Origin: a virus | IMG/VR virus record: IMGVR_UViG_3300045988_060233 | Strand: one strand, 5' to 3' | Length of the DNA stretch: 39,231 nucleotides | Shown here: in pieces, positions 14,406 through 24,638 of the stretch | Layout: each line of letters begins with the position of its first letter | How positions within the stretch are numbered: the stretch's first letter is position 1 | Notes under the pieces: model-generated | Seen by the model: the letters and a program-made list of their open reading frames with translations, nothing else | The model's database searches: none | What the model was told of the DNA's origin: nothing | Position numbers and translations under genes: made by a program

Positions 14406-16796
14406 TTGGACGTTTTTAACTTATATGCAAAATTAAGTCTGAACACAGACGACTATGAAAAAGGCGTTGAAAAGGCAAAAGGCGGCGCATCATCTTTGAT
14501 GGACGTGTTTAGCGGTACGCTGCTTGGAAATGTCGTTTCGGACGGTTTGCGGACCGTAGCCAACGGCATTACGGAAATCGGGAAAACCGCTGCAAACATG
14601 GCTGTGTCGATTGGCAAGGCATCGCTGGACAGCTATGCGGACTACGAGCAGCTTGTAGGCGGCGTGGAAACGCTGTACAAAGATAGCGCGGGAATCATAG
14701 AGAGCTACGCAAAAGACGCATACAAGAATGTAGGTCTTTCAGCAAATGATTACATGGAAACATCCACATCGTTTGCGGCTGCTCTGGTTTCAAGTTTGGG
14801 CGGTGACACAGGAAAAGCCGCTGAAATGGCAAATACTGCAATTTCGGATATGTCCGATAACGCGAACAAGATGGGCACCGATATGCAGTCCATACAGGAT
14901 GCATATAACGGATTTGCGAAGCAAAACTATACTATGCTCGACAATCTTAAGATCGGCTACGGCGGTACGCAGGCTGAGATGAAGCGGCTTATCAAAGAAG
15001 CTGCTGCCATGACGGACACGCAGAAAGAGCTTGGCGTAACGGTCGATTCCAACAGTATGTCCTATGCGAACATTGTACAAGCGATTCATGTCGTGCAGGC
15101 CAACATGGGCATCATGGGAACGACCAGCAAGGAAGCTGCAACTACAATTCAAGGCAGTACAGCGTCGATGAAGAGCGCTTGGGAAAATCTTTTGACTGGA
15201 ATTGCAGACCCGGAGCAAGACTTTCAAACCTTGGTGGACAACCTTGTTGACAGCGTTATTACTGCCGGAAACAACATTATACCGCGAATCAAAGAGATTG
15301 TTCCTACTTTGATTGATGGTTTGAGCGAACTGGTCACACAGCTTGCGCCTTATGTAAGCAGCGTGATTATGGAGCTTGAACCGACTATTGAAGAGGGCTT
15401 GCAGGCACTTTTCGGTGGGTTAAGCAGCGTAGCAAGCGAATTGCAGCCCATTGTTGCTGATGTGTTTTCTTTTTTTGGCGATGCAATTATTTCCGGGCTG
15501 ACAAGCGCGATTGAAAACTCTGACTTTTCGTTCCTGCTTGACATTTTTGACAATGTTAAAACAGCAGTTGAAGAAGTCGTGCCTGTAATTGAAGAAATTG
15601 CCCCCGCGCTTGTGACGGTTGGTGCAGCTGTAAAAGGCTGGCAAATCGGGACGAAAATTCAAAAGATGGTAACGGCTTTTGACGAAGCCAAGGTTGCTGT
15701 TTCTTTGTTCAGCATGGGACTTTCTGACACGGAAATTGCACAGGGTGCGCTCAATGGCACATTAAAGGCATCCGAAGTTCTTGCCGGATTGCTTACAGGG
15801 AAGATTTCCCTTATGACGTTGGCACAGGCGGCAGCGGCAAAAGCGCAAGCCGCTTTTAATGCGGTTTTGGCAGCAAACCCAATTACACTGGTTGTGGTTG
15901 CAATTGGCGCACTGGTTGGCATTTTGGCTGTGCTGTATGCAAAGAACGAAGATTTTAGAAACGGCGTTAATGCTGCGTGGGATGCGATTTCTGCCAAGAT
16001 TCAGGAAGTCGTGGCATTTGTACAGCCTTATGTTGAAGCTGCTATGCAGGTTATTGGGCAGGTCGTTACGCAGGTCATTACAGATTTGACCCCAGTCATA
16101 CAGAGCATCGGTGAAGCGTTCAGTGCTGCATGGAGCCTTGTACAGACTGTATGGGCATGGGCAAGCGCATTCTTCCAGGCTATCTTCCAGTCAATTGTGG
16201 TCATCTTTACGCCGTTTGCACCGATTATCAGCGGATTCTTTCAGGGCGCGTGGATTATCATTCAAAGCATCTGGAATGTTGCGGTAAGCTTTTTCCAGAC
16301 TGTGTTTGATTTGATTACCAGCGTGTTCTCTACGATTGACGCTGTGTTGTCTGGTGACTTTCAGAGCGCGTGGGAGTCGATTCAGGGCATCTTTGAAGGT
16401 GTGTTTGGCTTTTTCTCTACGGTCGGCCAAAACGTTGTAGAGGGCATCAAGGGTGGCATTGCGGCTGTTTGGGGCGGTCTTGTCAGCTTCGTGCAGGGCT
16501 TGTGGGATGGCATCAAGAGTATTTTTGTCATCAATGCAAGTGATGTGAAAAACAATACGGGGTCTGACAGCCATCGTGCTGGCGGCCTTGACTATGTACC
16601 GTATAACGGATATGCGGCTGACCTGCATCGCGGCGAGATGGTGCTGACAGCTGATGAAGCGGACAGCTACAGACGCGGTAAGGGCAGTGGCAGCGGTTTT
16701 ACCCTGACGCAAAATATTTACGCGGCAAAGCAGACGCCGGTTGAACTGGCGGCAAGTACAGCGGCGTATTTCCAGCGGGCGAGGTGGGCGTTATGA
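14406..16796 (+). CDS. Tail tape measure protein
   Basis: 796 aa, Ala/Gly/Ile-rich with hydrophobic repeats. TTG start after GGGAG. Position. Confidence 0.85.
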   Translation: MDVFNLYAKLSLNTDDYEKGVEKAKGGASSLMDVFSGTLLGNVVSDGLRTVANGITEIGKTAANMAVSIGKASLDSYADYEQLVGGVETLYKDSAGIIESYAKDAYKNVGLSANDYMETSTSFAAALVSSLGGDTGKAAEMANTAISDMSDNANKMGTDMQSIQDAYNGFAKQNYTMLDNLKIGYGGTQAEMKRLIKEAAAMTDTQKELGVTVDSNSMSYANIVQAIHVVQANMGIMGTTSKEAATTIQGSTASMKSAWENLLTGIADPEQDFQTLVDNLVDSVITAGNNIIPRIKEIVPTLIDGLSELVTQLAPYVSSVIMELEPTIEEGLQALFGGLSSVASELQPIVADVFSFFGDAIISGLTSAIENSDFSFLLDIFDNVKTAVEEVVPVIEEIAPALVTVGAAVKGWQIGTKIQKMVTAFDEAKVAVSLFSMGLSDTEIAQGALNGTLKASEVLAGLLTGKISLMTLAQAAAAKAQAAFNAVLAANPITLVVVAIGALVGILAVLYAKNEDFRNGVNAAWDAISAKIQEVVAFVQPYVEAAMQVIGQVVTQVITDLTPVIQSIGEAFSAAWSLVQTVWAWASAFFQAIFQSIVVIFTPFAPIISGFFQGAWIIIQSIWNVAVSFFQTVFDLITSVFSTIDAVLSGDFQSAWESIQGIFEGVFGFFSTVGQNVVEGIKGGIAAVWGGLVSFVQGLWDGIKSIFVINASDVKNNTGSDSHRAGGLDYVPYNGYAADLHRGEMVLTADEADSYRRGKGSGSGFTLTQNIYAAKQTPVELAASTAAYFQRARWAL

Positions 16797-17647
16797 GTTT
16801 TTTAAGCAAGACTTTCAAGTACGTCAATTCGCTGGGGCAGTCTATCGTGTTTGACTACGCGCATGGTTATCTTATCAGCAAGCCGGATGGCATTGATACA
16901 ATTTCGGTCACTGCCAACACGGCTCAGGGCATCGGTCAAGTAGGTGCTACTGTGCAATCTAAGGCCATTCAGACGCGGCCTATTACCATCAATGGAAAAG
17001 TTATCGGCGACAATGCACAAGCGCTGAAAGACGCGCTTATGACCGTTGTACGGCCTGACCTGACCGGGGTGTTATATGCCGGAGACTGGCACATAGACGT
17101 TATTGTAACGGCATCTCCTACCATTGGCGCATCAAAACGAGGTGCGCCGTTCCAGCTTGGCCTGCTTGCCCCCTACCCGTATTGGGAAAGCGGCGAACGA
17201 AAGGCAATGCAGCTGCGCGGCGTGCAAAAAGGTTTTAAATTCCCGTGGAATATCAGCAAAACGTATTATTTTGGCAAAGTCATTGTGCTAAAATACATTG
17301 TTTTGCAGAATTTTGGGCAGTTTGATGTGCCGTTTAGGTTGGAAATCAATTGCATTGGCGAGACGGCAACAAACGTAGGCATTGAAAACATGCTGACAGG
17401 TGAAGTGCTGCGGCTGGAAAAAACGCTTGTGGAAGATGAGCGTGTCGTTATCAAGACATCGCACGGGAAAACAACGGTCACAAGCTCTAAGGACGGTGAC
17501 TGCCGGGGCGCACTTACGCTTGAAAGCACACTGTACAGAATTCATACGGGCGATAATGCGTGGAAACCTACTGCGGACAGTGGGCTTGAAAACGTTGAAA
17601 TGAGCGTTTCGTTTGCGGAAGAAAGTGCGGGTGTAACGGTAATATGA
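16793..17647 (+). CDS. Distal tail protein (Dit-like)
   Basis: ATGA coupling to the tape measure gene. Size and position. Confidence 0.65.
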   Translation: MSFLSKTFKYVNSLGQSIVFDYAHGYLISKPDGIDTISVTANTAQGIGQVGATVQSKAIQTRPITINGKVIGDNAQALKDALMTVVRPDLTGVLYAGDWHIDVIVTASPTIGASKRGAPFQLGLLAPYPYWESGERKAMQLRGVQKGFKFPWNISKTYYFGKVIVLKYIVLQNFGQFDVPFRLEINCIGETATNVGIENMLTGEVLRLEKTLVEDERVVIKTSHGKTTVTSSKDGDCRGALTLESTLYRIHTGDNAWKPTADSGLENVEMSVSFAEESAGVTVI

Positions 17648-18654
17648 GATTAGAGCTGTTCTCCCATGACCTTAGTAACCGACACGAAATCACGCACGCG
17701 ATCAGCAGCGAGTTCAGCGACTACTATAACGATGTGGGAAAATTTACGGTAGTTTTGCCGATGGATGATTACAACATCGGGATAGTGGAGCTGGATGCTG
17801 TTTTGTACATTGTAGAGCGAAGACTTGCGTATACGGTGGAAGAAATACAGTTCGATTGTGATAATAGCGAAATCACGTTGAACGGGTACAGTCTGAACAA
17901 TAAGCTAAACCGGCGTGTTATTGCGGCAACTTCCAGCATTGCCAACGTGGAAACGGATGTATACAGCGTTATTACTGCCAATCTGCGTGGGCTTCCTATA
18001 CTGCTGGCAGAGAAAAAAGGCTTGACAGAAACCGTGACGGCAACAGAGGTGTACGGGGATGAACTGTTAAACTGCATACAACCGATTTTGACAGATGCCG
18101 GGATTGGGAACCGGATTATTTTGAACTACAGAGCCAAGACGGAAACGTTTGAATTGTATAAGGGTGTTGACCGCACAAAGGGATTAGACGCCGTGCTGTT
18201 TGTGCAGGAACGCGGAACAGCGCCCGGTCTGGTAGTTGACAAGGATATTTCTGAATACAAAAATGTGTGCTACTGTGAAGCGCAGTACAAAGACGGTACA
18301 AAGTTTGTGGTGCAGGCTGGCACGGCAAGCGATTCGGAACGGCGCGAACTGTGGGCGAGCTTCAGCGGAGATAGCCAGCAGGATGGCGAGACAAACGCTG
18401 CGTTTCAGACGCGCGTTAAACAGTATGCGGCGTTGCAGCTAGGCAGTCATTTGAACCGCAACGGATTTTCGATTGACGCTGACGGTGACGAGCTTGGCAC
18501 GGCATATAATGTCGGAGATTTGGTTTGGTGCGTTTCTTTGCGGCTGGGTGTAAAGTACAAGGCAAGAATCACGGCAGCAAAGTATTCACAGGATGCAAAC
18601 GGATCAAGCGTCAAGCTGGTTATTGGCGACCCGATTTTAACAGTTTTGAGGTGA
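17644..18654 (+). CDS. Tail-associated protein (siphovirus Gp37-like / Tal N-terminal type)
   Basis: Position after Dit. N-terminus MRLELFSHDL...GKFTVVLPMDDYN. Confidence 0.55.
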   Translation: MRLELFSHDLSNRHEITHAISSEFSDYYNDVGKFTVVLPMDDYNIGIVELDAVLYIVERRLAYTVEEIQFDCDNSEITLNGYSLNNKLNRRVIAATSSIANVETDVYSVITANLRGLPILLAEKKGLTETVTATEVYGDELLNCIQPILTDAGIGNRIILNYRAKTETFELYKGVDRTKGLDAVLFVQERGTAPGLVVDKDISEYKNVCYCEAQYKDGTKFVVQAGTASDSERRELWASFSGDSQQDGETNAAFQTRVKQYAALQLGSHLNRNGFSIDADGDELGTAYNVGDLVWCVSLRLGVKYKARITAAKYSQDANGSSVKLVIGDPILTVLR

Positions 18655-18658
18655 TAAA

Positions 18659-19960
18659 GTGGCAGAAATCAAAAATTTCCCGAATGACGTGGATGAATAC
18701 ATCGGAGCCGAAAATGTTATGAAATGGCTGCATGGGCGTTCCAGCGGCGTTTTTGGCGCAGATGGCAATTTAAGTGTTACCGCAAACGGCGATATGACGG
18801 TAAGCGTTTCAGATGGCGTGGGCTGGCTGGCGAACGACAAAGCGGACGGCACAGTTTTTTGGAATGATACAAAAGAACAGACTGGAAGCGAGTTGCAGCT
18901 GACAATCCCGTTGCCAGATGCCATTTTGCCACGTATTGACAGGATTGTTGTTAGCTGGGACACGGTGAATTATGCGGAAAAGCCGCGTATTGAAGTGCTA
19001 AAAGGAACGCCGAATAATGCACCTACCGCCACGGAACTTACAAACAACACTTTAAAACGGCAAATTTCTCTTGCGCGTATTTACGTTGCAGCAGCTGTAA
19101 GCCGCATTTCTGCGGATAGCATCACGGACGAACGGCTTGACCCCGATGTATGTGGGCTTGTTACGGACTGGGTTAGCGTTGACACTACCACCATTCAGGC
19201 GCAGTTTTCCGCATTGCTTGAAAAGGTAAAGACTGAGCTGTCGCAACTGCACGGTGGCACAGCAATGATGACAAAGGCGCAGTATGACCCGTCTGGTGGC
19301 GGGTTAAATGTCTGCGTGCAGGAATATGAGTGTAACAAGAGCGGCAGCGTGTATGCGCTGATGGGCGAGGGCGCGGTGGGGCGGTTTAAAGTCCCCGCCG
19401 CGTGGAGTTCGGGCGACACGTGGACAGTCAACGGTGTGGCTGTACCTGCGTACTGCGGCGCGGATGCGGCGGACGGTGACAGCGTTGTGACCGGGCGCTG
19501 GGTGCTGTTTACCTTTGACGGGAGCCGACTGGATTTTAACGGCGGCGGTGGATTAAGCGCGTCCAAGCTGGCACAGGCCACCGCCGCAGATACCGATGTG
19601 CTGACCGGAAAGAAATACTACGCAGGCGGCAAAACCATCAAAGAAGGAAAAATGCCGAACCGAGGCAGCTGGGGGGCAACGCTCTACCCCGGAGGTGTGG
19701 CAACCATCCCCTCCGGATTCCACGATGGGAGCGGGCAAGTCACCGCTGTGAGTCTGAAAACGGTGACAATCACTATGGCCACTTCATATGGTGACTGGGT
19801 ATACACGTTGCCCAGTGGCACATTGGTCGGTGTTTCGAACATCGCTGCTTCTGGTAATAGTTCCGAAATAGCAAGTCTAACAATTTCGGGTAACACCGTG
19901 CGCGTTACATGGAGCGGCAACGGAGTTATCAACCGCCAGATTACATTGATTTACTACTAA
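18659..19960 (+). CDS. Tail fibre / baseplate structural protein
   Basis: 433 aa. Position. GTG start. Confidence 0.5.
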   Translation: MAEIKNFPNDVDEYIGAENVMKWLHGRSSGVFGADGNLSVTANGDMTVSVSDGVGWLANDKADGTVFWNDTKEQTGSELQLTIPLPDAILPRIDRIVVSWDTVNYAEKPRIEVLKGTPNNAPTATELTNNTLKRQISLARIYVAAAVSRISADSITDERLDPDVCGLVTDWVSVDTTTIQAQFSALLEKVKTELSQLHGGTAMMTKAQYDPSGGGLNVCVQEYECNKSGSVYALMGEGAVGRFKVPAAWSSGDTWTVNGVAVPAYCGADAADGDSVVTGRWVLFTFDGSRLDFNGGGGLSASKLAQATAADTDVLTGKKYYAGGKTIKEGKMPNRGSWGATLYPGGVATIPSGFHDGSGQVTAVSLKTVTITMATSYGDWVYTLPSGTLVGVSNIAASGNSSEIASLTISGNTVRVTWSGNGVINRQITLIYY

Positions 19961-20035
19961 GAGGAGAGGTGAAACCATGAGAGAGCCAATCGTAATCAAC
20001 GCCGATAAACTGTTGTATTGTTAAGGAGGTAGGAC

Positions 20036-22327
20036 ATGGTACATACTTTGAGACTTGACAACTACTCCCCCACCCCGCGAAAGCTGGTGCTGGGGACTAA
20101 TTCCAGCTTTGGCACGGAGAGTATCAAGATTGAGCGCGGGGCCGGGTGGGACGGGCTCAATCTCACCGCAACGTGGCACATCCCCGGGCGGGAAGAGCCG
20201 CTGCGCGTGGCCTTGCTGGATGGGGATGCCATGGACGTGCCGCCCGAGGTGACGAAGGAGGCCAAGGATGGCGTGCTTGTGCTGGCCGGGCTGGCCTCCG
20301 GCGTGCAGCGGGCGAGTTGTAACGTGGAGTATCTTATCCTTGAGCAAGCGGGCGTATACGGCGGCGCGGATGCAGAGCCGACGCCCGAGCTGGCGGCGCA
20401 GGTGCTGCAGGCGGTGCAGGATGCCCGGGACGCGGCAAAGGACGCCGATCAGCGCGCCACGAACGCGGAGAACGTCGCCAACAGCGTGAGGGAGGACGCC
20501 GACAACGGGAAGTTTATCGGCCCAGTCGGCCCGCAGGGGCCTGTTGGGCCGCAAGGCGCGCAGGGTATCCAGGGCGAGAAGGGCGACACCGGAGAGCGCG
20601 GCCCCCAAGGTGAGCAGGGCGTTCAGGGTGTACAAGGCGAGAAGGGCGATACCGGCGCGCAGGGGCCTGTTGGCGAAACTGGCCCGGTTGGCCCCAAGGG
20701 TGATACTGGCCCGCAGGGTGAGCGCGGTGAGCAGGGGCCGCAGGGAGAGGTTGGCCCGGAGGGGCCTGCCGGAAAGGACGGCGTACAGATTGATGATGCG
20801 GCGGTGAGCGAGGACGCGCCGTGGAGCAGCAAGCACATCATTAATATGCTCTGCCCACCGCTGGAAGAAAGTGGAAATCCTGTTGTGTGTTACCCTGTGG
20901 CGGGTTATCCGCTTGGCGTGAAAGCGAAGTGGGAGCCCATGCAGGAGGGCACGGGAACGCCATATCCGGCAGGTGGCGGGCCTAACAAGCTGAATGTGGC
21001 CGGAATTGTGAGCAATAGAACGATCTCCGGCATCACCTTTACCGTAAATGCGGACGGCACGATTGGTGTGAATGGAACTTCTACCGCAATCTGCTTTTTG
21101 AATTCGAATACCAAATTTAATAAAGCCTATCTGCAAAAAATCCCAGCAGGGACTTACCGTCTTGACTTTGCACAGACTGCACTTGGCATCTTTTTGTTTG
21201 GCTACTACGAGGACAGCAGCGAGACCCCGATTGTGTATGCGGGGAACGTAGTGACCTATGCGCAGGACGCCTACGTTGGGCCGCAGATTCGCGTTGCTGC
21301 TGGCGCTACTGTGAATACCACAGTGCGGCTGATGCTGCACACTGGCACAAGTACGCCGAGCGCTTACGCTGGGTGGGAAAACATCCGTCCCATCAATGGC
21401 AGAGACAGTGTGACGGTTGAACGGTGCGGGGAGAATCTGCTGAATATAAAACCCTTTAACAAATTCACAAAGAAAGGCATTACGTATGAGTATGTTCCGA
21501 ATACCGGTATTCATGTATCCGGCACAGCAACGACTACTGTGGATGGCCCAACGTTTCCGGTTTGGCATCTGCCGCCTGGAAAATACTACGGGCTGGATAC
21601 AGGTGAAGGAATTTACGCTAGTATTGTGGTGCAGAGAAATGGGAAGACCTTGTGGCTAAATGCCAAAGGCGCTTTTGAGATTTTGGCTGGGGATGTAACT
21701 AAGTATTGGTACACGATTGTGAGTGCCGGCGCAACGGTTGACAAGACAGTGTATCCGTACATCGTCCCTGGCACCACCGCCCCCACGACCTACACGCCGT
21801 ACATCGGGCAGACCAACACCCTGACCCTGCCCGAAACCGTATATGGCGGTGAGGTGGACGCGGTGACGGGAGATGGAAGCAATAACACAAAGATTATCAC
21901 GCTGGACGGCAACGAACTGAAATTCAGACTATACAACAACATCTATTATAACCTTCCGAATCATTCTGCACCAGGGATTTCAACACGTGGAATTATTTGT
22001 GTCAGTCACTTTAACAGCAAGTTTTTTGGCGTGAATACAGATTACGATTTTTGTTTTTTGTCAAAGTCTGATATTGATAATCTGTTTGCCAACGCTGACG
22101 ACCTGAATGCCTACCTTGCCGCCCAGAACGACGCTGGCACGCCCGTGCAAATTGCTTATAAGCTGGCAACGCCCACTCCATTCACTGCGACAGGCGCACA
22201 GCCCATCCCCGCGCTTGCGGGAGCTAACACAATTCTGACCGATGCCGACAGCGCGACTGTGACGGGACGCGCTGACCCCATAAAGAGAATCACTGATTTG
22301 GAAGCAGCGGTTGCTTCTATCAACTGA
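20036..22327 (+). CDS. Tail fibre with collagen-like triple-helix segment
   Basis: TAAGGAGGT SD. 763 aa. G-X-Y run. Confidence 0.75.
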   Translation: MVHTLRLDNYSPTPRKLVLGTNSSFGTESIKIERGAGWDGLNLTATWHIPGREEPLRVALLDGDAMDVPPEVTKEAKDGVLVLAGLASGVQRASCNVEYLILEQAGVYGGADAEPTPELAAQVLQAVQDARDAAKDADQRATNAENVANSVREDADNGKFIGPVGPQGPVGPQGAQGIQGEKGDTGERGPQGEQGVQGVQGEKGDTGAQGPVGETGPVGPKGDTGPQGERGEQGPQGEVGPEGPAGKDGVQIDDAAVSEDAPWSSKHIINMLCPPLEESGNPVVCYPVAGYPLGVKAKWEPMQEGTGTPYPAGGGPNKLNVAGIVSNRTISGITFTVNADGTIGVNGTSTAICFLNSNTKFNKAYLQKIPAGTYRLDFAQTALGIFLFGYYEDSSETPIVYAGNVVTYAQDAYVGPQIRVAAGATVNTTVRLMLHTGTSTPSAYAGWENIRPINGRDSVTVERCGENLLNIKPFNKFTKKGITYEYVPNTGIHVSGTATTTVDGPTFPVWHLPPGKYYGLDTGEGIYASIVVQRNGKTLWLNAKGAFEILAGDVTKYWYTIVSAGATVDKTVYPYIVPGTTAPTTYTPYIGQTNTLTLPETVYGGEVDAVTGDGSNNTKIITLDGNELKFRLYNNIYYNLPNHSAPGISTRGIICVSHFNSKFFGVNTDYDFCFLSKSDIDNLFANADDLNAYLAAQNDAGTPVQIAYKLATPTPFTATGAQPIPALAGANTILTDADSATVTGRADPIKRITDLEAAVASIN
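20519..20782 (+). repeat. Collagen-like G-X-Y repeats (about 29 triplets)
   Basis: [30 protein letters not shown]...GPAGKDG. Confidence 0.9.
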
Positions 22328-22340
22328 AAGGAGTAATAAA

Positions 22341-22607
22341 ATGGCTATCAAGAGTAAAGCACGGCACGATTTAACATTGCGCAGCATCAAGCGGGAAATT
22401 GCAGCAGGACGCGACGTTGCGTTTTGGCTTGACAAAGCGTACACGCACTACGACAACGGCCTGCTGGATGAGGCAGACATTGCCGAGGTGGAGACGCTGG
22501 CGCAGGCGTATTATGATGCGGTGGATGCGAGAGAGCGCGCAGACGAGGTTGCGGAGACGCCGGACGTGCCGGAGATTGACGGCGCTGAAAATACCACCAA
22601 CGAATGA
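22341..22607 (+). CDS. Hypothetical protein (88 aa) between fibre and lysin
   Basis: AAAGGAG SD. ATG 22341. Confidence 0.55.
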   Translation: MAIKSKARHDLTLRSIKREIAAGRDVAFWLDKAYTHYDNGLLDEADIAEVETLAQAYYDAVDARERADEVAETPDVPEIDGAENTTNE

Positions 22608-22621
22608 TAGGAAGTGATACC

Positions 22622-23860
22622 ATGATTTTTGGCGGGAGAAATCTCGTGAAGTACCCGTACAGCCGCTACGGCTACACGCGCGGCGGCGGCAAGATTTGGC
22701 ACGGCGGCATTGATGTTTGCGGGTTGGATGACGACAAAATCCGCATGCCCGGCTACAACGGCAAGAGCATTGCAGGAACCGTTGTTACAGCCCGCATCGT
22801 GACGAACAAGAGCAACAAGACATGGGAATGGGGCTATTATATCTGCGTGAAGCTGGACGCAAACCAGACCCCGGATGCAGTGAATTACCTGTATTTTTGT
22901 CACTGCTCCAAGTTGCTTGCAAGCGTAGGGCAGAAAGTAAAGACCGGCGATGTGCTGGCGGTTGTCGGACAGACTGGCAACGCCGCAGGCACATGGACGC
23001 ACTGCCACTTTGAAGTGCGAGCCACTGCCACGAGCAAGGGTCTTGACCCGACTGCGTATGCAGGCATACCCAACAAGGCGGGCACATACGGTGACCAGCC
23101 TGCACAGCCCAGCGGCGAGGAAGTTCTGATTGATGTGTCTCACCATCAGGGTGCCATCGACTGGGCAAAGGTTCCCTACCGTGCCATTGTTCGCATCGGG
23201 TATCGCGGCTACGGCAGCGGAAAGCTGATGAAGGACGAGCAGTACGATGCCAACCTTGCAGGGGCGAAAGCAAGCGGAAAGCTGTTAGGCTTTTACTTCT
23301 TCTCGCAGGCCATCACGGTGGAAGAAGCCCGCGAGGAAGCTGATTTCTGCGCCAGCCTGGCCCCGACAGGCTATCCCTTGTTCTTCGACAACGAATGGGG
23401 ACACACAACCAAGACCGGCGTACACGATGGCCGCGCCGACAACCTGACGAAAGACCAGCGCACGGCAATTGCAATGGCGTTCTGTGAGAGGGCCAAAGCG
23501 CACGGATTTACAGCGGGCATTTACACCTTCACGGCCTTCGCAACCGCGAACATCGACTACGCCTACCTGTGCGAGGATTACATCGGCTGGCTGGCCGACA
23601 CCCGCGCCAACTACGACACAAGCCTGCCGCGATACATCCACCAGTACAGCCAGACCGCAAAGGGCGGCGTGCCGGGCATCACTGGCGTGGTTGATTTGAA
23701 CCATTTGGTCAAGGCCCTGCCTGCGGTGGACAAGCCAGAAAGAAAGCTACAAGTGATTACCATCGGGCCGGTGAGCCAGGGAGATGCGGATGCAATTTAC
23801 CTGCTGTGCCAGAGCCGCGGCCTGACGGATGCAGGACTGTATAAAAGCGAATGGGCCTGA
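22622..23860 (+). CDS. Endolysin: M23 peptidase + GH25 muramidase domains
   Basis: HGGIDV...HCHFEV (M23 type). LIDVSHHQGAIDW...GFYFF (GH25 type). ATG 22622 has GGAAGTGA upstream. Confidence 0.8.
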   Translation: MIFGGRNLVKYPYSRYGYTRGGGKIWHGGIDVCGLDDDKIRMPGYNGKSIAGTVVTARIVTNKSNKTWEWGYYICVKLDANQTPDAVNYLYFCHCSKLLASVGQKVKTGDVLAVVGQTGNAAGTWTHCHFEVRATATSKGLDPTAYAGIPNKAGTYGDQPAQPSGEEVLIDVSHHQGAIDWAKVPYRAIVRIGYRGYGSGKLMKDEQYDANLAGAKASGKLLGFYFFSQAITVEEAREEADFCASLAPTGYPLFFDNEWGHTTKTGVHDGRADNLTKDQRTAIAMAFCERAKAHGFTAGIYTFTAFATANIDYAYLCEDYIGWLADTRANYDTSLPRYIHQYSQTAKGGVPGITGVVDLNHLVKALPAVDKPERKLQVITIGPVSQGDADAIYLLCQSRGLTDAGLYKSEWA

Positions 23861-23881
23861 CGCCCGGAACGGAAGTGAAGA

Positions 23882-24133
23882 ATGACAGATTGGGATATCG
23901 TCAAGGACATTGTTGTACTTGCTGGACTGATTATGACGGTCACGACGCCGCTGTTGAAGTTGAATACCAGTATCACGCAGCTGAAAGCGCTGCTTGACAG
24001 CGTGGCCAAGCAAGTGCAGGAAAACGACAAGAGCAACAGTGCGAGCCATAAACGGTTGTGGGAGCACAACGAAGAGCAAGATGAAACGCTGCAACGGCAT
24101 GAGCAGCGTTTGCACGATTTGGACGGAAAGTGA
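23882..24133 (+). CDS. Holin-like / lysis accessory protein (N-terminal TM + coiled coil)
   Basis: IVKDIVVLAGLIMTVTTPLL followed by a charged helix. Position. Confidence 0.45.
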   Translation: MTDWDIVKDIVVLAGLIMTVTTPLLKLNTSITQLKALLDSVAKQVQENDKSNSASHKRLWEHNEEQDETLQRHEQRLHDLDGK

Positions 24134-24144
24134 GGTACAGCTCT

Positions 24145-24339
24145 ATGGGTGATTTTATCAAGAACATTGCAGCGCTTTTCAAGGTAAAAACCATTGTGAC
24201 GCTGGTTGTCGTTGCAGTGTTTGCGGCATTGGCGCTGCGGGAGAAATTACAGCCTGACACGGTCATGACCATTGTGACAATGGTTGTGGCCTTTTATTTT
24301 GGCACACAGACCGAAAGCAAGAACAAGAAGGATGAGTAA
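24145..24339 (+). CDS. Holin (two TM segments, charged C-terminus)
   Basis: KTIVTLVVVAVFAALAL...VMTIVTMVVAFYFG...KNKKDE. Confidence 0.65.
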   Translation: MGDFIKNIAALFKVKTIVTLVVVAVFAALALREKLQPDTVMTIVTMVVAFYFGTQTESKNKKDE

Positions 24340-24341
24340 TC

Positions 24342-24506
24342 ATGCCAAAGTTTGATTTTGTCGGCGGTTTGCTGACCGATGAAGAAACGGATGTTTTGCA
24401 GCTTCGGCGGCGCGGCTGGCGCAATGCTGATATTGCGGCAGAACTGAATTGCAGCGAGCGCACGGTAAAACGGCGCGTTCGCAGCATCAAAAACAAAATA
24501 GGCTAA
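24342..24506 (+). CDS. Small LuxR/GerE-type HTH protein (54 aa, not in ORF track)
   Basis: LTDEETDVLQLRRRGWRNADIAAELNCSERTVKRRVRSIKNK. Confidence 0.55.
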   Translation: MPKFDFVGGLLTDEETDVLQLRRRGWRNADIAAELNCSERTVKRRVRSIKNKIG

Positions 24507-24510
24507 TTTA

Positions 24511-24548
24511 AAGGGCGCGGCTGCTTTTGTGGCCGCGCCCTTTTTTAT
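24511..24548 (+). terminator. Strong intrinsic terminator after the lysis cassette
   Basis: GGGCGCGGC/GCCGCGCCC stem followed by TTTTTTATTTT. Confidence 0.85.
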
Positions 24549-24557
24549 TTTGTCCCA

Positions 24558-24608
24558 AAGACGGCACAATGTTGGCACTTTACTGGCCTACGTTGTGCCG
24601 TCTTTTTG
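24558..24608 (+). terminator. Second hairpin (12-bp stem, 23-nt loop) with T-rich tail; terminator or leader element
   Basis: AAGACGGCACAA/TTGTGCCGTCTT followed by TTTGTG. Confidence 0.4.
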
Positions 24609-24638
24609 TGTACAATTAAGATAAAAGGAGCGGTTCGA

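Noticed and set aside
19977-20024. 15-codon ORF (MREPIVINADKLLYC) with a strong GAGGAGAGGTGA SD between the two fibre genes.
   Set aside because: It is too short to support from sequence alone. It may be a real micro-gene or only a spacer carrying translational-coupling signals. Not called as a feature.
18659-22327. Diversity-generating retroelement or other targeted-hypervariation system acting on the fibre genes.
   Set aside because: No reverse transcriptase ORF exists anywhere in the genome, and I found no template/variable repeat pair by eye near the fibre C-termini.
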